A stretch of DNA of 64,000 nt from Amoebophrya sp. A120. Taxonomy: Eukaryota; Protista; Dinoflagellata. Each line of letters opens with the position of its first letter. Position 1 is the first letter of the stretch. The translations under genes were made by a program, and so were the position numbers. The DNA is taken from assembly GCA_905178155.1 (NCBI GenBank), contig CAJINV010000002.1:10050650-10114649 (forward strand), in the 5' to 3' direction. The notes under the pieces were generated by a model. It had not been told where the DNA came from, ran no database searches, and was given only the letters and a program-made list of their open reading frames with translations. Below are positions 58,167 through 64,000 of the stretch, one piece after another.

Positions 58167-61100
58167 ATGTTGTACTCTATCTGTGAGGCTACACTCACGC
58201 ATAAAATGCTGAGAATTGCCGCAGTTGTTTTCTGCTGCGCGGCGCCTTCTTCCCTATCCCAAGGAGCTTTCGTGAAGGGGCTCTCGTTGAGCAGGATGAG
58301 CGTTGACGGCCTATCGGATAAAGATCGGGCCGGTCTGACGTCTACGGCGGAGAAGGTCACGCTTCGGTATTACGCACCGTACAGAGGCGATGCCGGCGGG
58401 CATTACGAATATTTGCAGAAAAAAATCGCTTGTCTGGGTGATGAGGATGCCAACAAGAGGTTTCTTTTGTTCACCGATGCAAGTGTTCGGAGCCGCGCCA
58501 ACGTCGGAACCTTTGCGCAGCTGGGTGTCGTCGCGTACAGCAGTCGCGGTCTGGCGAAAGCGCGACGAGACACGGCAGAGAGAAAAGCGGAAGATCAGAG
58601 AGTTGGTTCAATCTACGACCGGGTTCCGGACGTCCTGGCCGCGGGGATTGGAGGCACGTACTTCAAACGCGCGCAAGAGCTCTTGAACAAAAGCAATACG
58701 GGAGGGACGTTTGGCCTGATGTCGGATTCCTGGAAAGACAACGCGCTGACCGCCGTTGCGGAGGGCGAGGCGCTGTGGCGGGGACTCAATCTGGCATACG
58801 GCCAGCAGCGGTTGATGTTGACGGAAAGCTCGAGCGGGACGACCACTGAAGGTGTTGGCGACGCGTCCGCACATGACGGTGCGAAATTGCTTGCTTTCAC
58901 GGATTCCCTGCACTTAATTCGGGTGCTGGAATGGATTTTTCACGGAGGCGCCGCCGCCGGTGACGTCCTCTCAGATTCTAGTCCTGGCGCAGGCTTCGTG
59001 CGACACATGCAAGAAACCGTCGCCAAACCCATAGCAGATTTGTTTTCCCAGGTGGGGCTGAAAGATGCGTTCCAGAGAACCTTGGAAAAGCTAACACGAA
59101 GCAAGGTTGCGCGACCCGGAACTGGTAGTATGGCCAAGAGTCAATTTGCGTACTACCAGCATGTAGAGATTCTCCACGTGCGAAGCTCTTCGCGCGTGAT
59201 CCGCAAGGAGGAGGAAGCTACCAGTTCGGGCGGAAGTAGCTGCGAGAGTGCTTCACCGGTGGAGCAGGAGCTCGAGAAAGTTCCCAGCGAGGCAACGACG
59301 TCACCCAAGGCGTACACGTTTGGAAACGCTCTGGCGGACCAGCTGGCGTCGGGTTTCACTCTGATGCACTCGACGGGCACAGCGAACCTGCTCTCGAAAC
59401 GGTTCTGCGAGAACCCAGGGGGGTGGCTGAAAAGACGAAGAACGTCGACGTCAACCGCTGCTGAAAAGACGAAGAGCAGTTCGATTGCCGAGACGAATTT
59501 GCACGACACGCTGTATAGCAACTGCAAAGAGCTGATGCAGGACCTCAGCAACCGAATGCCTCACATTCCGAAGCACGGCAAACAGTGTCAGTCTGCGACT
59601 TTCGAGCTGGAGCAGGACGTGGTGAAGCGCTTCAGAAAATTTGCGGTGCTGTACCAGAAACTCGACTACGCGGCTTTGGAGATGACGCAAGCAGTGGTCG
59701 GAGCGTCCGCGGCAGCTGTGCGAACCAGCGGGAGAGGGAGGCGTCCGAGGTCCGGGTCCCGTTCTGGTGGTCGCCGTCGAGGAAGTAGAAGAGCGTCATC
59801 CACTACTAGTTCCAGGAGCAGCAGCAGAGGTAGAAGTTCCTCGCCTGCTGCGCAGGAAGAGGAGGCCGTGCACCGTGGGGGCGAAGTTGTGCTACAAACA
59901 GGCGACAGCACAGACGATACGGGTACGGGGACGAATATCGATGCTGACGCCGAGAAGCAAAAGGCGCTCTTGATTTCGCCCCTGGATTGGTTCCGAAGCC
60001 AGGCCCAGGTCGCTTTGCAGCACTGTGGTAGCCCGCCCGGCCTTGGGTTTGCTTCCGGAAAGCTGATGCGCTACCTGGACCACGCTTGGAGCGAGGAAAC
60101 AACCACACCAGGTAAAGCGGGTAGTAGTACTGCCGGAAGTTTTTGTGTCGGAAGTTGCTCCACCCCTGCGGCACCAGCAGACGCGATCGAGTTCGATGTT
60201 CGGAATTACGAGGAGCACTGCGGTAGCGCTTTTAGCGACTACTTTGGTCGTATGAAAACCTCGAGTGTTGAAGACACGACTACACACGACAACCCCACAC
60301 CATTTCAGCAGGTTCCACTTGCAGGGAAGGAGCTGATGGGGCGGCTTTGGGCGCGGATTGCTGTGATGCGTCGAGTGCGTAGCTCGTTGATCCAGTCGGA
60401 AACTGTATTGCGTGACTTCGTAGCGTCGATCAACACCCCCGTGGCACAAACGCAAGAGGACGCTGGGGAGCCCTCGAGGTCGTCAGGCGTCGCCGGGCCA
60501 ACCAGCAAAAAGGAGCAGAAGTCAGGCAAAAAGAAGCAGAAGGGTGGGCCTCCTGCGACCGCAGCAGCTGTAGTTGGGCACAAAGAAATAGGGACGAAGC
60601 AACCGCCGGCGCGCAAAGGGGCTTCAGCCAGCGACGAGGCGTCGTACCACAGTGTGGTAGCCGGGACGGTGAAAGCCTCCAAAGTCGTGTCGTACCACAG
60701 CGTGGTAGACGCGACGGTGAAAGCCGCTAAAGTCGTGTTGTATCAAATGGAGCAGTGGTCTCCCATAGCACTGCAGGGCGACGTTCGTACGCAAAACTTG
60801 ATGCTAGAGCGAAATCGTTGGCTTGCGCCCGACGCGCAGGTCCCGAACGGCGATGGTGCGAAGTTTGTTCGGTGCGGACGGCTCATGAAGGAACCCATGG
60901 AAGTTTTAGACCATCTTCTCAGCACCTTCACGAAGTCCCTGTATGCCAAGAATGCGGGCATTCGTCTGGCTACGCGGGGCAACTACCGCGCGACCGCCCA
61001 GCGTGTTCTCGATGTTCTTTCCAAGGCAGCCATCCCGCTGGCGACGGCAGGCCTGGAGTCCTTGCTGGCGAGCCTCGAAGATTGGCTGGAGACGGTGATT

Positions 61101-63017
61101 ATGCCCTTGAGCAGTAAGGAGAACAACCTGCAAGGGAATGATGAGCTTGACGAGCACGCGGATTCTAGCAAATTGTTGAGGACTGAAGTAGAGCTGATGT
61201 CACAGAACTTCACTGGCCCGCCGATTGAATGGCGCGCGAATGCCTTCGAGAGGCGGCTGGCAGAGATGCAGGTGGTCGCTGCCGCGGTAGAAAAAGAAAA
61301 GCAAACGTTGCTATACATGAATTTGCACAAAGTTCCCGAGCGATACGATTTCGAAAAGAAGAAGACAGCAGTGAGACTTTTAATGACGGATGCCTTTGAC
61401 CAGGATGCCGCCTACGTGAAGGAATTGCAAAAAGCACGGGACGTGTACGTACCCGCCCACGATCTGATCCTCGGCATTGATTTACAATTCGCCGGGATCG
61501 ACCTCCCCTTTGGCACTGCGAATGTTGCGGAACCGCTTCGCTCCAAGCCTTCCCGACTCGCACGGCCCCCGCCCGTGCTCTCCCTCGTCGACCTGCCAAT
61601 CAGTCTGATGCAGCAGCTAGCTCTCGATCCTCCCTCCTTCACGGCCGAAGTGGGGGTCAGACTGCGTTCGGGCAGAGGGGTAGGGGACGACTCATCTGCC
61701 ACGTCGTTGAGGTCTTCCCAGGAGGACGCGGACGAGGACGCCGTGCTGTACCAGAGTCGCTTCGGCCTCGGGCGGCTGCGCATGACGGACGACAAGGATG
61801 GGAATCAACAAAACTTTCTAAACAAGCTGGAAAATGAGAGCGACGGAGTTGGAAAATATTTATGGGCAGCTTCGCCTTGGGCACGCAGTAATTGGATATC
61901 AAGGGGCCATGAAGAAGATGGTGTAAGAACGGGTGCAGAGCTGGCAGGATCTGTCTCCGCAGTAGCCCTGAACTTCGCCGATGTGAGCACAGATGAAGCC
62001 GATGCCTTGAAAAAGATCTTTCGAAGCTCAGGGCCATCGGTGCACTCGGTTATTGCTGAGGCCGTCGGTCGGGAGCTTCCCATACGTTTGTCGGGCATTG
62101 TGGGCCACGAGACGCAGAAAGCTGCGAAGGTGGTGCTCCGCGACGCCGAACAGGTGAGTCGTGAGGTCAGCGACCTCGCACAGATGGCGAAAGCTATTTT
62201 AGGGCAAGAACCACAGGGATTGGGTGCGCTAGCGATTCAAACTGAGAAAAATCGCGTCGACAGCCTGCTTGTCTGGCTCCAGTTGAAAATCGCGCGACAC
62301 GAAGGCGCGCTGGGGCGCGTACAGCTGCGGCAGGCTACGAACCGAGGAGCCATATCAAGACTATGGTCGTGCCGCGGCGAAGACTTAGAAGAAAAAGAAA
62401 AGTGCTTTCAGGAGTTACGGAAGGAGATATTTCGGGTTTTGGAAGTAGATGGTCGGGCGGCGTTGACAGAAAACTTTGGGCGTATCAACATGCTTATGCC
62501 GCAAGAAGTTTCCTACGGTGCTGATCCTCAGGTTGTTGCGGCCCTTAGTGAGGAAGAAAGAACCATCGTTGCGGCCTTACGCAAGGGCGGGCTGGTTCTC
62601 TCGTTCCGCAATGGCACGGTGGAGCGGAACGATTATTTCGAAGAAGTGTTGCCGTTTGAAACGCCCTCCGGCGGAGAATTCGTGGAGTACCATCCGATCC
62701 TGCGGCTGCCAGTGGCCTACACCAAAGTGGTGGACTTCGAGAGTCCCCTCGAGAATCCGGCCAGGGAGACGCGAACCGTGGTCATCTTGTTCTTCGATGA
62801 GAAAGCTGCAAAGTTCGCCGTGCTCCCACTGCCGCAGGCGGCCGCGACGCCGGGTTCTTTCGGAAGACCTCATGGGAGAATTGTTTTGCCTAGAGCGCCG
62901 CTGGCAAGTTACGATAAAGGAATGCGGTGGGCTCTGGACGAGTCCCGTATGGAGCAACTGGAACTGGTGTCGCCAAAGTTCCTGCACGGCTCGAGCGTGC
63001 GTGGCATTGTGGATTGA
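58167..63017 (+). CDS. 1616-aa intronless protein with an N-terminal RNase HI-like domain and a long unknown C-terminal region
   Basis: LLFTDAS ... AVAEGEAL ... LLAFTDS ... EILHV ... FGNALADQLA, in RNase HI order. Confidence 0.75.
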   Translation: MLYSICEATLTHKMLRIAAVVFCCAAPSSLSQGAFVKGLSLSRMSVDGLSDKDRAGLTSTAEKVTLRYYAPYRGDAGGHYEYLQKKIACLGDEDANKRFLLFTDASVRSRANVGTFAQLGVVAYSSRGLAKARRDTAERKAEDQRVGSIYDRVPDVLAAGIGGTYFKRAQELLNKSNTGGTFGLMSDSWKDNALTAVAEGEALWRGLNLAYGQQRLMLTESSSGTTTEGVGDASAHDGAKLLAFTDSLHLIRVLEWIFHGGAAAGDVLSDSSPGAGFVRHMQETVAKPIADLFSQVGLKDAFQRTLEKLTRSKVARPGTGSMAKSQFAYYQHVEILHVRSSSRVIRKEEEATSSGGSSCESASPVEQELEKVPSEATTSPKAYTFGNALADQLASGFTLMHSTGTANLLSKRFCENPGGWLKRRRTSTSTAAEKTKSSSIAETNLHDTLYSNCKELMQDLSNRMPHIPKHGKQCQSATFELEQDVVKRFRKFAVLYQKLDYAALEMTQAVVGASAAAVRTSGRGRRPRSGSRSGGRRRGSRRASSTTSSRSSSRGRSSSPAAQEEEAVHRGGEVVLQTGDSTDDTGTGTNIDADAEKQKALLISPLDWFRSQAQVALQHCGSPPGLGFASGKLMRYLDHAWSEETTTPGKAGSSTAGSFCVGSCSTPAAPADAIEFDVRNYEEHCGSAFSDYFGRMKTSSVEDTTTHDNPTPFQQVPLAGKELMGRLWARIAVMRRVRSSLIQSETVLRDFVASINTPVAQTQEDAGEPSRSSGVAGPTSKKEQKSGKKKQKGGPPATAAAVVGHKEIGTKQPPARKGASASDEASYHSVVAGTVKASKVVSYHSVVDATVKAAKVVLYQMEQWSPIALQGDVRTQNLMLERNRWLAPDAQVPNGDGAKFVRCGRLMKEPMEVLDHLLSTFTKSLYAKNAGIRLATRGNYRATAQRVLDVLSKAAIPLATAGLESLLASLEDWLETVIMPLSSKENNLQGNDELDEHADSSKLLRTEVELMSQNFTGPPIEWRANAFERRLAEMQVVAAAVEKEKQTLLYMNLHKVPERYDFEKKKTAVRLLMTDAFDQDAAYVKELQKARDVYVPAHDLILGIDLQFAGIDLPFGTANVAEPLRSKPSRLARPPPVLSLVDLPISLMQQLALDPPSFTAEVGVRLRSGRGVGDDSSATSLRSSQEDADEDAVLYQSRFGLGRLRMTDDKDGNQQNFLNKLENESDGVGKYLWAASPWARSNWISRGHEEDGVRTGAELAGSVSAVALNFADVSTDEADALKKIFRSSGPSVHSVIAEAVGRELPIRLSGIVGHETQKAAKVVLRDAEQVSREVSDLAQMAKAILGQEPQGLGALAIQTEKNRVDSLLVWLQLKIARHEGALGRVQLRQATNRGAISRLWSCRGEDLEEKEKCFQELRKEIFRVLEVDGRAALTENFGRINMLMPQEVSYGADPQVVAALSEEERTIVAALRKGGLVLSFRNGTVERNDYFEEVLPFETPSGGEFVEYHPILRLPVAYTKVVDFESPLENPARETRTVVILFFDEKAAKFAVLPLPQAAATPGSFGRPHGRIVLPRAPLASYDKGMRWALDESRMEQLELVSPKFLHGSSVRGIVD
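60640..60738 (+). repeat. In-frame 48-nt tandem duplication
   Basis: SYHSVVAGTVKASKVV / SYHSVVDATVKAAKVV. Confidence 0.85.
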
Positions 63018-64000
63018 TATAACGTTGAGCTGCTTCTCGCCTTTGTTCGGGCAGGAGCAGTTTGAGTGACCTTTTCATAACTCAGTACGCGGATAGAAAA
63101 GGCATGGCAGTTCTTGTGGCGGTCGGCTGCCAGCTTTTTTTCGTCAGATCACAGTAATATCAGATATCAGTACACATATTAGCGCTACATAGAAGTAGGT
63201 TATTAGGGTTTATTTCATCGGCCGCAGAAGGAAACTAACAATGATTTTCTTCTTCGAAAAATAAGAACGAAATGTACGGACGAAGGTCAAATTAAGAAGT
63301 AGCAGTTGTATAATAAAATCGTTTTAAAATCCAAATCAACCTTTGCATATCAATGGTGAACGACGACTACCTGATTACGTCTGACGTGTGAGCTGCAACT
63401 TCAGGATTTTATTGTGCGTGTTGTTTGATTCACGAGGTTCTGGTTATCCAAAGGGAAGAACAACAAGTGCTCTACCTCTTATTTAAGATTCAATTCCAAA
63501 CAGGTACACAAATTTAGGCGCGCAAAGACAGCGCAACGAAATATGAAAACAGGAACGTGAAATGGAGAGGATGGTCATCCTCATTTGCACTGTTAGACAG
63601 ATGTTATGGGTCGAACCAAAATTTGCGCGACTTCGGCTATTCTAAGGTAAACGAGTCGTGGTGACCACTTGTCAGCTGATGAGCTGGAAGGTTTTCTTCC
63701 TGTGTGTTTCGCCAGAAACTTTTTTCTGTGTGTTTCGGCATGGAGTTATGTTTTTTCAGTTGTGGCACTTGAATCAATCAAATCTTTACTTATCATAGTA
63801 ACGACGCAGTGGTACAGTAACTAACTCGAGAATATGTGGCTGCTGGTCGGTTAGCGTTGAACAATATTACATCTGCGTTGATAATCTGTTCTAGCTGAAA
63901 TGCGATATCGCGCACGAATAGAGGGAGCAGCTTTACTGCAAGAGTCGGTCTGCAATTAAGTATCGAGTACTAAACTTCTCGAGAAATAAAATGGCAATAG

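Noticed and set aside
58460-59350. RNase H-fold ORF as the autonomous DDE transposase of the introners
   Set aside because: The motif order is RNase HI type (D-E-D-D), not DDE, and no flanking TIRs or TSD were seen.

Overview
Eukaryotic, gene-dense protist DNA. Its non-canonical inverted-repeat introns, GC-AG introns, strand-clustered genes, CDPK and dinoflagellate-type cold-shock protein strongly resemble the parasitic syndinian dinoflagellate Amoebophrya (inference). About 17 protein genes are present: RAD50 (5' part), a class-3 lipase with permuted motif order, a ubiquitin-like protein, a GCFC/PAXBP1-like factor, an MBL-fold protein, a CDPK, a trypsin-like protease, a B-box/WW protein, a GT4 glycosyltransferase, a carotenoid oxygenase, importin beta, a cold-shock protein, a 1616-aa protein with an RNase HI-like domain, and several hypotheticals. 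The dominant system is a set of 21 MITE-like 'introner' elements (149-308 bp, 6 TIR families). Almost all have TAT...ATA termini, and each has terminal inverted repeats and a 5-bp target-site duplication. All lie inside coding exons, they occur in both orientations relative to transcription, they share no GT-AG boundaries, and removing the element plus one TSD copy restores the reading frame in every case. One GT-AG intron looks like an element caught in conversion to a canonical intron, and many canonical introns begin GTAT and have self-complementary ends.
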